64,000 nucleotides of DNA from Eledone cirrhosa. Lineage: Eukaryota. Positions 29,465 to 41,440 of the stretch are shown piece by piece. The notes below the pieces were generated by a model, which ran no database searches, had not been told where the DNA came from, and saw nothing but the letters and a program-made list of their open reading frames with translations. The position numbers and the translations under genes were made by a program. The stretch spans positions 1-64,000 of the forward strand of contig CAXHJY010000510.1 of NCBI GenBank assembly GCA_964016885.1. The letters are read 5' to 3'. Every line of letters begins with the position of its first letter. The first letter of the stretch is position 1.

Positions 29465-29930
29465 AGTTAAGGTTAGGGTTTCTAAGTTTCAACATGGTTG
29501 TGTTCTGGAGATTCTTTACTCCAACTAATTAAGTATCGTAAACGTTAAGTTAATCGTTAGATAGTTTCAGTTTTACTATGGATTGTAGTATGTTAATAGT
29601 AGTAGAGTGTTTTAATTCACCATATTCAAGAGTTATATCTAGTTGTGGATATGTAAGGTTAAGTTTCTCCATACCTGCACAGCCACCACACTCTAACCAT
29701 TCTTAAACTGACTCTTGAAGCTAATGTCTCGCTTTTGTTCTCGAAAAGGTTTGTTTGAAAAAAACTTTTAAGGAAACCTTTTCGTTTTTCTTGTGAAGAA
29801 AATCTAAAGTTGTTTAGGATTTCTCAAGATATCGTAGTTTCTTGAGTATTCTTGCTATCTCTCGCTATTTTTGTTATTGTTGTCATTGATATATGCGTTA
29901 AGAACCTATGTTAAATATTGATATGGAAAA
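29465..29930 (-). mobile_element. Highly degraded Penelope-like element remnant
   Basis: LPYIHN-like motif near 29645-29665 on the minus strand, typical of the PLE RT-endonuclease linker. It adjoins a hammerhead motif. Confidence 0.4.
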
Positions 29931-29932
29931 AT

Positions 29933-30077
29933 AAACTCTGATGATACCGACTTTGAACCAACTCCAGAGGGTCAAGTTATAAAACTTTATTTTAAAACTG
30001 TTTTTAATTTTGAGGGTTTTTTACTACATTTCTATGACCCAGGAACGAAGTTTAGGTCAGCTGAAACATGTCAGTTT
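29933..30077 (+). ncRNA. Type I hammerhead ribozyme motif with long stem II
   Basis: AAACT-CTGATGA(29938-44)-[~118 nt containing GGGTCA/TGACCC and GAAC/GTTT pairings]-GAAAC-AT-GTC-AGTTT. Stem I is AAACT/AGTTT; stem III is the palindrome ACATGT. Confidence 0.7.
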
Positions 30078-30221
30078 GACAATGCATTAGTTCTTTGGTG
30101 TTTTTTAAATTAGTCTATAACAGTTCTGCGTGAACACCATTGCATTGAGCCTTTAACCATCTGGTAAAACAGTTTTGATACTTCATTTAATAATAATATT
30201 ATGATTATCATTACTATTATA

Positions 30222-30744
30222 TACGAGGGCAATCCCAAAAGTAAGGTCTCCAAAGCGATGGGGACGCAGAGAAACTGTTCGTACGGCTGTTGACAACACT
30301 GTTGTGATTGGTGCTTCCTTCACTCCCAAACAAGCATGCGCGCGCTTCGCTGGGATGCTCAATCTTGGCTTGGCAGCCGTTGAGAATGGAGCTCCCGTTG
30401 AACGCTACCGCCAAGTTGCGAAAATCGCAGTTATTCGGTTTTTGAATGCAAAAGGCGTTGAACCGATTGAAATTCATCGCCAATTTACGGAAGAATATGG
30501 ACAGTCGTGCATGGATGTCAAAAACGTTCGCAAGTGGTGTAGAGAGTTTACAGCCGGTCGTACTGGAATTCACGACGAACAAAGGTGCGGGAGACCGTCA
30601 ATTTCCGACGAGACAGTCGCAATTTTTCCGTTAAAATCCTGTGGATGGTGCTTCGTGAAACCTCAGGAACCAAAATGCAGAGAGCATCCAGAGTGATCCA
30701 CCGATCTTTACGCATTTTTTCCTCAACCTTTGCGACTGTCTCGT

Positions 30745-30746
<2 letters not shown>
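30222..30746 (+). mobile_element. Mariner transposon 5' remnant (TIR + HTH domain) with inverted distal part
   Basis: TA-CGAGGGCAATCCCAAAAGTAAGG TIR; [40 protein letters not shown]. Segment 30623-30746 encodes the continuation ([29 protein letters not shown]) on the minus strand. Confidence 0.85.
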
Positions 30747-30799
<53 letters not shown>

Positions 30800-31007
30800 T
30801 ATGTACACGTACATACATATATGTATACAGACGCACAGTAGCATGTATATATATATATATAAATACATGCACACATATATATATATGTACGTATGGATTC
30901 ACCGAACATTTATTATAATGCTCGGTGTGTTTGTAAACAAACATCCCGCATTAAGCCGTAGTGTATAGCAACCATCGTTGCTCGTTTGTTCAACTCTGAC
31001 AAAGGAA

Positions 31008-31048
31008 CGCTGTACTAGTTTCAAGCTTATTAGCTATCGTCAGCAACG
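31008..31048 (-). ncRNA. Minimal type I hammerhead ribozyme motif
   Basis: Reverse complement is CGTTG-CTGACGA-TAGCTAATAAGCTT-GAAA-CTAGT-A-CAGCG, identical to 31187-31227. Confidence 0.78.
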
Positions 31049-31186
31049 TATACATTCCTGCCAGATTGTTGAACATATATACTTACCTTATGCATATTAA
31101 CGGCAGAGTAGCCCAATTTGCATATCGAGTGGGTTAATCGGCCGGGTGCACCGAAAACGATAAACGGAAAAAAAGAAACGAAATTT

Positions 31187-31227
31187 CGTTGCTGACGATA
31201 GCTAATAAGCTTGAAACTAGTACAGCG
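31187..31227 (+). ncRNA. Minimal type I hammerhead ribozyme motif
   Basis: Stem I CGTTG/CAGCG, core CTGACGA, stem II AGCT-AATA-AGCT, GAAA, palindromic stem III ACTAGT, GUA cleavage triplet. Confidence 0.78.
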
Positions 31228-31367
31228 TTCCTTTGTCAGTGTTGAACAAACGAGCAACGATGGTTGCTAGACACTACGGCTTATTACAGGATGTTTGTTT
31301 ACAAACACACCGAGCATTATAATAAATGTTCGGTGAATCCATACGTACATATATATATGTCTGCATG

Positions 31368-31449
<82 letters not shown>

Positions 31450-31551
31450 CTACTGTACGTCTGTATACATATATGTATGTACGTGTACATACTTATATTT
31501 AAGTAACAGCCGTACTAAGAGTGGGAAATGAAATTTCGTTTCATTTTTTCC

Positions 31552-31590
<39 letters not shown>

Positions 31591-32058
31591 TTTCAACAAT
31601 GTCAGTATTCCGTGTGTCATAATTCTCGATTATCATTGGTTCATAAATTTCAAGCGACTCCGCCCACCTCAATGACGCCAAACTTAAATTAATATGCATA
31701 ATGCCAATGAGGAGGTGAGAGGGGAGAGTAAGAAATAGAGAGGCAAAGTGAACGCTGTGTTGGATCACTATGTATATGTGTCAGTGTAGAGACGTGTGTG
31801 TATGGAAATAAGAGGGGAAGGAAAGCAATAACTATTAACATGTGTGCGTGTGTATGTACGTGCGCGTATGTTTATGTGTGTGTGTGCGTGCGTGCAGCGT
31901 TCCACAGAAAGTAAAAACTATCAACATGTGTGAGTGTGTAAGTTTGCGTGCGTGTGCGCGTTTCCATGCGTGTATGTGTGTGGCGTTCCACAATCGCCAC
32001 GCAGTTTATCTGTCTGTGTGCCTGTCTGTCAGTCTAACATACACAGAGTTGTGAAGGG

Positions 32059-32109
32059 AGTAAATAGGGACCTTTTTTTACATTGACGGACATCTTTTAT
32101 ATTTATTAT
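32059..32109 (+). repeat. Direct repeat upstream of RepHel (copy 1)
   Basis: AGTAAATAGGGACCTTTTTTTACATTGACGGACATCTTTTA; same as 37050-37089 except for one T. Confidence 0.9.
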
Positions 32110-32127
32110 TGTGTCGTTTTTTGACAA

Positions 32128-35100
32128 TTGCTCAAAATGAATACTGATAATAAAAGCAATTTGACTTTATCAAACAGTGAACTACAGCGGCGACGGCGTG
32201 CAGCCAGCAATGAAGAAAAACGGGCCGAACAGCTCCATCGGAACGCCGAACTTCAGAGGCGAAGACGTGCCGCCATGAATGAAGGGGAGCTGGCTGAACA
32301 ACGCCAACGAAACACGGCGTGCTGCGATGGTTGAAGACGAACTGGCTGAGCATCATCAGCAGATGGCCAGAATTCAGCAGCAACGGCGTGCTGCAAGGGA
32401 TGAAGAAGAGCTGGCTGAACAGCGCCAGCGCAATACAGAAGTTCAGAGAATGTGCCGCCAAAGTGCTCCTCATTCCAGTAAAGAGGCTAGAAGGCGAACG
32501 GATGATATTAAAAATGGATCATGGCAACCGTGTCATTTTCAGATTGGTGGACGAGCAGAGTGTCCACATTGTGGAGCATTGCTTTGGAGGCACGAAAAGA
32601 CGTGGACCACAATGTGCTGTCATAAAGGAGCAGTTCAACTAGAACTCTTGCGAATGCCGGATGATGAGGAGTCACTGGAGTTTAAAATACTAAGTATGTG
32701 GGGTGATCAAGGAGACCGAGGTAGATTACTGCGCAAATATTCGCGGCAAATTAACAATTCATTAGCTTTAGCATCGCAGAGAGTTAGTGAGATGTTTGAG
32801 AGTGGAGCATGGCAACCGAATGTAGTCATTCAAGGCCGTTTGTATCATTGTATCGGTAATTTAGAAGTTACTCCAGGAGAGAGGCCTCGATTCGCTCAAA
32901 TTTACGTTAACGATCCAGATTATAGTGAATCGGAGGGGGATATCAGAATCGGTTGGATGAAGTTGCCGGGAAATATAACTGAACTTGAACGGCAAAGGTT
33001 AAGTGATTTGATCCGTGATTTGCAATCATGGCTCAGACAGTGTAATCCTTATGTTGTGGATTTCATGTTGGTGGCTGAACTGCAAAATGTTCAGCAGCAA
33101 ACATTGGTGATTAAGGCTGACACAGTGCCAAGGAATCAACACGAACAGCGATATAATGCCTTTGAAGGATTTCGTGAAGTTGCTGAGTTGATGGACGATA
33201 AGCCTGGATCGAGAGATATCGTCCTCAATCGCAGAGATGGTGGTCTCAAGACTGAAAGTTCAATCCCACTTTTGGTGACATCAATCATTTCGATTCGCGA
33301 CTTTTACGCGAACGACAGGAATCAGCAGATTGTTCCAGGAATACTGTTGTATGGCATTCGCAAAGATCGAAAATCAAAGGCTAAATTATATAGCTACACA
33401 TCAGCAACATATCAGAGCTGAATTGTATAATAATATACAGGATGCGATAACAGCCGATGAAGCCAATTACAAGCAAATTGGTCGACGCATCATTTTGCCA
33501 TCGTCGTTCATCGGCGGCCCGAGATATATGAACATTCGCTATCAGGATGCAATGGCTATTGTCAGAAAGTTTGGAAAGCCAGATTTGTTTATAACGGTTA
33601 CATGCAATCTTGAATGGACTGATATTAAGGATGCACTTTTGTCAGGACAACAGCCAAAGGACCGTCCTGATATTGTGGCAAGAGTATTCAAAGGATATTT
33701 GAAAAAGATAATGGATGATGTGGAAAAAGAGGGAATCTTTAGAAGTATAGTTGCTTTTACATACGTAATTGAATTCCAAAAAAGAGGATTGCCACATGCA
33801 CATTTGCTGATCATTTTACATAGAGATTGCAAATTGAGATGTGCTGAGGATGTCGACAGCATTGTGTGTGCTGAACTTCCGGAGAATGAGGCACTACGCA
33901 ACTTGGTGGCAAAGTCAATGGTGCACAACCAATGCGGAGTGGCAAATCGGAAAGCGCCTTGCATGAAAAATAGCCAATGCAGTAAGCACTTTCCGAAATC
34001 TTTTGTCACGAACACATCCTGGAACGATGGGGATGCTCATCCCTCATACAGAAGACAGTCGCCTGCCCATGGCGGTTTGGTCGAAAATGTAAACGGTCGA
34101 CAGGTTACAAATCAATGGGTTGTGCCATACAATCCATATTTGATTATGAAATATCGTTGTCATCTTAATGTGGAAATTTGTAGCTCAGTGAAAGCTTGCA
34201 AATATCTATTCAAATATGTTTACAAAGGTCATGATCGGGCAATGATCAATGTCAGGAATGAGGAAGCGAACCAATGAGATGAATTTGGCAGGTTCCAGGA
34301 TGTTCGCTGGATTGGATCTAGCGAAGCTTGCTGGAGATTATTCGATTTTGATCTCAATGAACGCAAACCCAGCGTTCAGAAAGTTCACTTAGAGAATAGG
34401 CAAATGGTCTGTTTTCAGGACACTAGAAGAGGTGTCGAAAGAATTGCTAATGCACCACTTCTTAAGAATTGACTGAGTGGTTCAAGCATAATAGGGAACA
34501 TGCTTTGAACCCGGATCAAAGGCAACTCTACTGCGATTTCCCTTCGCACTATACGTGGGATAAGAAGGGGAAGAAATGGAATGATAGAAAACAAAAGTTG
34601 AGATTCATGACTATTGGACGGGTTTGTAATGTCCATCCAGCATCTGGTAATGTGTTTTATTTCCGAATTCTGTTGCATAGTGATTTTTCGAGAAGTAAAC
34701 ATAGCTTCGCTGATTTGAAAACAATCAATGGCATGGAATATGAAACATACCAGGCTGTGTGTCAGCATCTGGGACTCCTTCAGGATGACGCTGAATGGAA
34801 TAACGCTATGGAAGCAACAGGAACAACACTGATGCCAGCTCAAATAAGACAGTTGTTTGTCACGATTCTAGGATTCTGCAATCCTGCCGATCCAAGAGAG
34901 TTATTTGAACGCCATTGGGGAATTATGGCTGATGATTTTAGGCATCATCTTCAGGTCGATGATGAAAATTTGATGAAAGCTATTGTTTTGCTCAATATTG
35001 AGCAACTGCTTGAAGTTCATTTCAAATGTTTAACAGATTTCAATTTGCCAATTCCTGATGAAGAAATGCGGCAACGTGTCTTAGCATTGAACATGAGATT

Positions 35101-36547
35101 GCAGCTTAGACGGTTGCCACTCGATCGGAGGGAACTATTCCAGTTTGATCCACTGGAACAGCAACGTATTGTGGATGAACGTATGCCAATGTTTACCCAA
35201 TCTCAGAGAGAATTGGTCGATGGCGTTCTCCACTCGATTTCCACTAATGAGCAACTTTGTGCTTTCATAGATGCTCCAGGAGGCACCAGAAAGACATTCT
35301 GTTTCAACACTATGTTATCGGCAGTCAGAGCTCTGAGGAAGATTGCTCTCTCTGTGGCCACCAGTGGGATCGCTGGCACTTTGCTGAGTAGTGGAAGGAC
35401 CTTCCACTCATGCTTCAAGGCTCCATTGGCTCCGGATGAGTTGAGTGTCTGTAACATTACAGGACAAAGTGAGATCGCGGGCCTTATACGCAATACGTCT
35501 CTGATTATTTGGGATAAGGCTCCAATGGCACACAGATATTTGCTGGAGGCATTGGACAGAACTTTGAGAGATATCTGCGGTAGTGACCTGCCATTCGGTG
35601 GTAAGACTATCGTTCTTGGTGGCGATTTCAGACAGGTGCTACCAATTGTTAGGAATGCTCAAAGAGCGGAAATTGTCGATTTCAGTTTTGCCATTTCAGT
35701 TTTGCGATTACACGATAATATGCGACTTCGCATGTTCGGGCAAAACGAAGAGGCTGAGACATACGGCCGATGGTTGATGCAGTTGGGAAAAGATGAATTG
35801 CCACACATTGGTGATAATCAGACTGTAAGAATCCCAGACCATTTGGTCATGCCACTGGACCGCCAAGCATTGATTGACTGGGTGTTCTCTAATTTGAATG
35901 TTTTTTGGCAGAATATCTCCTGGATATCGGAACGCGTTATTCTAACTCATACGAATGCAACGGTCGATGAAATAAATTCACAAGAAGCCAGAATGTTTCC
36001 TGGAGAGGAATGGTTAACCGTCAGTGCGGATACAATGGAGCCTAATCAACAGAACAATATGGATGTTCCGACTGAGTATCTGAATTCACTTCAAATACCC
36101 GGATTTCCCCCACATATTTTGAGGTTGAAAAGGGGTATGCCGATTATATTGCTTAGAAATATCAATCATAAAATGGGTCTTTGCAATGGTACCAGATTGA
36201 TTGTTGAGAGATTGATTAACGGAAGAGTTTTAGAAGCTAAACTCCCAGGCAGAGAGGAATCGGTTCTCATTCCGAGGATCATGCTGAGACCAAGTGAAGA
36301 TCTGCTGCCATTCATTTGGCAAAGGAGACAGTTTCCCGTCAATTTGGCCTTCTCCATGACTGTCAACAAGGCACAGGGACAGACTTTCAAGCGAGTTGGT
36401 GTCTACTTGAATGATCCAGCATTCAGCCATCGGCAACTGTATGTTGCTGCATCTCGAGTGTGCGATCCTGATGGTATAAAATTTGCAATTGATACCACTA
36501 ACAGAGGAACAACCCTAAATATTGTCTATAATGAAGCTTTGAGCTAA
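32128..36547 (+). pseudogene. Helitron Rep/helicase (RepHel) transposase, disrupted
   Basis: N-terminal charged repeats and CPHCGALLW..CC. HUH Rep motifs PDLFITVTCN, VIEFQKRGLPHAHLL and KYLFKYVYKG. PIF1 motifs DAPGGTRKTF, IIWDKAPM, GGDFRQVLP, LCNGTRL, QFPVNLAFSMTVNKAQGQT and QLYVAASRV. Split over four ORFs, with a stop at 34275-34277 and substitutions in Walker A (GKT>RKT) and Walker B (DE>DK). Confidence 0.95.
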
Positions 36548-37049
36548 TGTATGCATATCTTTAATGCTATCAATAAGCGACGTAAATGATTCAGACATTG
36601 TTGTCCTTTGATCAGTATTGTGAGCTTTGACAGAGTTATCATTTATGTTCAATGTCATTTAATGTCGTTATGAGCAATAAATACCAACAAGTATTGGTAG
36701 AAATTGCCTTCAAATTTATCGCTTCTGATTGCGGTGGTAATAAAACCTCATCATATGCTGAGTCTGGTAAAAAGGTTGGATCTTATGGCCGGCCAGGGCT
36801 AGAGTAATATTGAAAAACGATTCTATTTTCGAAGTAGAAGGATCCGCCATTTGGAGTTCAAACCAGGTCACCTCCTCGAGTTGAACTCTGGGCACATTGA
36901 CTGTTTATTACTCAGTGGCTAAGAGCCTGGAAATTACTGAATAAATTTTTGTGTCATATAATTTGTTGTTTTATTATTATAGCTGACCACTTATAGATAA
37001 GCATGTTATCCATATCCATATTAATTTGGCATTTGTATAAACCATTTCA

Positions 37050-37099
37050 AGTAAATAGGGACCTTTTTTACATTGACGGACATCTTTTACATTAATTAT
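37050..37099 (+). repeat. Direct repeat downstream of RepHel (copy 2)
   Basis: AGTAAATAGGGACCTTTTTTACATTGACGGACATCTTTTA. Confidence 0.9.
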
Positions 37100-37110
37100 C
37101 TATATCTATA

Positions 37111-37447
37111 TCTACATATAATATAAAAGATTGGAACTTCCATCATCCTTTTGAGAAACGTGGAACAACCACGTCTATGCAATGATACACGTTTCACAGT
37201 CAGGCAGAAGATGAACCATCTGCTAGAGGTCACTATCCTAGAATTGTTCATATACTATGCACAAACGGTACAACGAAGAATCTGGTATATCTGGAAGATT
37301 TTTTTTACTGTTTTTTTTTTGTATCACACAGACACCACGGACTCGCTTCATACTGTAACCAGAGAAACATCCAATACAGTCATTTTCTCTTTTACCTGTC
37401 TTCTCTTATCATCTGTTTACCCGGGCGAAGCTGGGTACGTCAGCTAG
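37111..37447 (+). mobile_element. Short non-autonomous Helitron with helicase fragment
   Basis: A|TCTACATATAATATAAAA start; IILLRNVEQPRLCNDTR helicase remnant; 3' CCCGGGCGAAGCTGGGTACGTCAGCTAG|T. The 3' region is homologous to 27108-27200. Confidence 0.8.
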
Positions 37448-37457
37448 TATATATATA

Positions 37458-37684
37458 TATAGTTACATTATAACGATATTTCACATTTCATCTGGCCACT
37501 ATTGATTTCTCCAATCAATTGGTCCACGTTTTCAATAAGGTTGTTCGAAAACGTATTGAGAACGAGGGTGTTCTATCATGTTTTAGCTACGGCGTTATTT
37601 TAACACAAGTTGAGGCATGAGTAACACAAGAACCCGATACTAACACGATCAGATGACGTATAATATCGTTCTAAGGCAACTATA
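37458..37684. mobile_element. MITE-like element with ~23-bp imperfect TIRs
   Basis: TATAGTTACATTATAACGATATT ... AATATCGTTCTAAGGCAACTATA. Confidence 0.55.
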
Positions 37685-37729
37685 ACTCTTCAACAGTATA
37701 AACACAGTTTATTACTTTGAATACATATC

Positions 37730-37770
37730 GCAACACACAAGCACACACACACCTCCACACACACACACAT

Positions 37771-37802
<32 letters not shown>

Positions 37803-38133
37803 GCGCGCATTCTCTCTCACACACACACACACACACACTCACTCACTCACACACTCACTCACACACTCACACACTCACACACTCACACTCACACACACTC
37901 ACTCACTCACTCACTCCCATACACACTCACTCACACACAGTCACTCACACACTCACACACACTCACTCACACACACACACACACACACTCACACACTCAC
38001 TCACACACTCACACACTCACACACACTCACACACACTCACACACTCACACACTCACACACTCACTCACACACTGACACACACACACACATACATACACAT
38101 TCATACACACACATTCTCTCTCTCTCACACACA
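37730..38133. repeat. (CA)n/(CACT)n compound microsatellite
   Basis: Directly visible. Confidence 0.93.
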
Positions 38134-38646
38134 TCTATATATATAAAACTGAGGATGTCTGTGTGCGTGTGTGAATTTGAATCCCTAAAGCTCGAGAAGC
38201 ACCCAACCCACTGTTTTCAAACTTTATACATGTAATACTTATGTTTCAGGGAGTGTTCTGAGCAGAAAAAAGTTCAAATGTTCAATGCCCTAGTGACCGC
38301 ATTAGGCGATTTAGCGATCTCTCTCTATAATTCTTAGTCTCTCCCTTTTTAGATAGATACATACATATAACGTCGTGCCCTTATAATATCTGTCTGTATG
38401 TCTGTCTGTCTGCTGCCTCCTGTTATTCTGCCACCCTTGCTCAAGACAAATCTCACACTCATTCCCCAAACAGTTAGTAAGTGCACACAACTTCTTCCTC
38501 ACGTTTTAAGCCACAGTGTTGCTTACTTACGTACCACCAGACCCTTACTTCTTTGCCAGCCGTGGTTGTGGCAATACTAAGCTTAGCTAAGGCGGTTATA
38601 TATTTCACAATACCTTATCCCGTGCAACGCCGGGTACCACTGCTAG
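38134..38646 (+). mobile_element. Non-autonomous Helitron
   Basis: A|TCTATATATATAAAA start; 3' CCCGTGCAACGCCGGGTACCACTGCTAG|T; A^T target without TSD. Confidence 0.8.
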
Positions 38647-39116
38647 TAATATATAAAACTCAATATATACATGTATGTTCCAAGTTGTAGGCCCCTATTT
38701 TGCTGAAATCTTTCACAAGTGCACATCTTTTCGAGGAATATGTCATAGAATATGTCACGTTTTGATGATTTAATAAAAGCAAAGAATATATACTTATAAT
38801 AAAAGGAAATTACTTTAGTAATGAACAAAGAAACGAATTGTATTTTGAATAGATATTCAATGCCTTTCTGTGTCTCTCTGTCTGTCTGTCTGTCTGTCTG
38901 ACGGTCAGTCAGGCTGTCTGACAGTCTATCAGTCCATCTGTCCGTTTGCCTGTCTGACTATGTGTACATATGTATGAATTTATGTATTATGTATGTATGT
39001 GTATGTATATATATATATATATATATATATGTAGGAGGTGAGTTTTATTGTAGTACAATAAAGCAATGCAGATATCGGATAAGAAGCACTCTACGGTTTG
39101 TGGGACTGGAGTATGC

Positions 39117-39444
39117 ATAATATAAGATCAAAAGATGGTTAAAGGAGTTCCATATATTTTATTATGCGCATTTCAAAAACAAACATCATCAAGCAATAAT
39201 ATTTGTGTTTTCATCAGATAAAACAGGAGAACATGATATGAAGGCTAAAAAACACTTGTGGATAGTGCAGTTTTAAATCAACATATATTGATTTAAAACT
39301 GCACTATCCACAAGTGTTTTTTAGCCTTCATATCATGTTCTCCTGTTTTATCTGATGAAAACACAAATATTATTGCTTGATGATGTTTGTTTTTGAAATG
39401 CGCATAATAAAATATATGGAACTCCTTTAACCATCTTTTGATCT

Positions 39445-39452
<8 letters not shown>
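39117..39452. repeat. Perfect fold-back palindrome, 165-bp arms, 6-nt spacer
   Basis: 39117-39281 is the reverse complement of 39288-39452. Related sequence lies at 39825-40045 and 45735-45895. Confidence 0.93.
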
Positions 39453-39523
<71 letters not shown>

Positions 39524-39527
<4 letters not shown>

Positions 39528-39722
39528 GAAGGAAATGTGGTAAGGAACCAAGTGGACCATAATGCACCAAAGTACTCAATACTTAGGGTAGTAGAGTGGG
39601 TAATAGGAATGAGTAGGACCCCGACGGCTGAGCTCAAGCCGTTTCGACGGCTAATTCTGGACTCTGCGTCCAGAATTAGCCGTCGAAACGGCTTGATCTC
39701 AGCCGTCGGGGTCCTACTCGTT

Positions 39723-39727
<5 letters not shown>
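39524..39727. repeat. Short dispersed repeat in (TA)n with fold-back palindrome (60-bp arms) and half hammerhead; second copy at 51464-51656
   Basis: 39603-39662 versus 39668-39727. The arm contains GAAAC-GGCT..AGCC-GTC. Confidence 0.85.
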
Positions 39728-39807
<80 letters not shown>

Positions 39808-40219
39808 AATGAGTTATATGGTTTGTTGATTATCAGTCAACAAAGTTAATTTTATAACAGATTTGAAGCACTCTACAGTTTATCTGGAGTATTATTAATA
39901 TTAACAATATTATAAAGTTATTTTCCATTTATTAATATTAACAATATTAACAATGGAAAATAACTTTATAATAGCATATTTATTTTATTATACGCACTTC
40001 AAGGAGACAAAATTTTAGTGTGCTTTCATCAGATAAAATATAATATTTGGTCTTAAGATATTGACATACCTTAGCGTAGACTTAATAGTATAAACTCGCT
40101 AACGGCAGTGAGGTAAAAATTCAAAATCACGAAGGATATAAGTTAACAAGGATACATTAAAACAGAAAAGGCCCGTTATTATAGACGCTAGATAAATTTC
40201 GAAAAATAACGTATTTATA

Positions 40220-40435
40220 CTGGTCGTGTGGCGGTCGTTTTGGTCTTTAAAAGACAATAACACTAAGTATTCAATCTCTTGGAATAAAATCAGGGACGCT
40301 CCCGTATACCAAAATTCTTCAAATTTCCAAAATTTGTCAGCTTTCTACTGAAGAAATCTTTCATATAATTACTAATCCTGGTAATATTATTAACAAAAAG
40401 AAGGAGATATTTAATTCTTGTTTGCATAAATTTTC
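40220..40435 (+). mobile_element. Penelope-like GIY-YIG endonuclease C-terminal remnant
   Basis: WSLKDNNTKYSISWNKIRDAPVY..CQLSTEEIFHII..INKKKEIFNSCLHK matches the PLE pattern W.LK..I.W..PY..C.LC..E..LN.R.E..C.H. Confidence 0.65.
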
Positions 40436-40735
40436 CAAGACCTTTCATAATCTCTATAAATGTTGTTTACCCACTTAACCACAAATATGATGCTCTGAAA
40501 TCTTATCTAAGTTGTTTATTTACAATATAAATAATATAATAATAATTATAGAACCTAATAGATCGAAGCATATCTTATTCAATGTTTATCGAAAACATAC
40601 CTTGAAAGCAATACTTGTAACCTTATATAATTTAGAGTTATTCCCCATAGTTTGTTTACATAGTTAAAATTAACAAATACGTTTATATATTTACTCACAT
40701 AATTATTATAATTAACCATATACATTTGTAGCTTA

Positions 40736-40840
40736 TAATTTCCAGAAATCTCTGTCATGGCAGTGCTACCGAGGAGCTTTGCCAGATCGAGATAAACTCT
40801 AGAGACATGGAAGTGCTGTCAACCGGGCCTGTCTGGGAAG
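40736..40840 (+). mobile_element. Small Tx1-family ORF2 fragment
   Basis: NFQKSLSWQCYRGALPDRDKL*RHGS versus NFQKSLAWQCYRGALPVRDKLHRHGS in the 20.5-26.1 kb element. Confidence 0.8.
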
Positions 40841-40857
40841 TGTATATATATATATAT

Positions 40858-40937
<80 letters not shown>

Positions 40938-40949
40938 CTCGCTCTTCAT

Positions 40950-41400
40950 CGCTACTAATAACATGTAACCCTGTACAACCTGTGCATGATTGGGTCGTCG
41001 GCAACTAAACCGGGGACCCCACCAACTTGTTTGGTGAGAAGGGTGATTTTGGACAACCTGCGGGATGAAAAACTCAGGAGTGTCAATGGCCATACAATAA
41101 AGTTTGTTTGGTTTTTGTGGAGCGAGAGTCTCCTAGTCTTCATTAAGACATTCCTCGAGGAGAAGGTCACTCTGATATAAAACCTTTGACTTTGATTGCA
41201 TCCAGTGATGAAAGCCAGTTCTTTTTTGGATAGGTGCATTTGATGTTTAGAGAGTGATTTGGCACCCGTGGAAAGCCTTCCCTCACTTAAAAAAGCTTCA
41301 AGCAGAGGCATCGCTTCATATGTGACATTTCTTGCTAGCAGGACTAAAAAGCCACGTCTGTGAGGCTCATGTTTAAGTATCAGGCGATGGTATTAATCGA
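40950..41400 (+). repeat. Dispersed non-coding repeat (possibly LINE 5' UTR-derived); second copy ~59870-60400
   Basis: The two loci share TAACATGTA.CCC.GTACAACCTGT..ATG.T.GGGTCGT.GGC.ACTAAAC.GG..ACCCCACC and GGAGAAGG..ACTCTGATATAA. Confidence 0.6.
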
Positions 41401-41440
41401 AATTGTTTTGCAGCAGCCATCATATATATATATATATATA

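Larger units (their letters stand above)
30795..31557. mobile_element. Inverted dimer of the hammerhead-bearing short repeat
   Basis: 30795-31048 is the reverse complement of 31187-31496, apart from microsatellite length. 31531-31557 is the reverse complement of 31160-31187. Confidence 0.88.

Noticed and set aside
36786-36802. TGGCCGGCCA...CTAG as the 3' end of the large Helitron
   Set aside because: The hairpin is short and too close to CTAG, which is followed by A rather than T. Not convincing.
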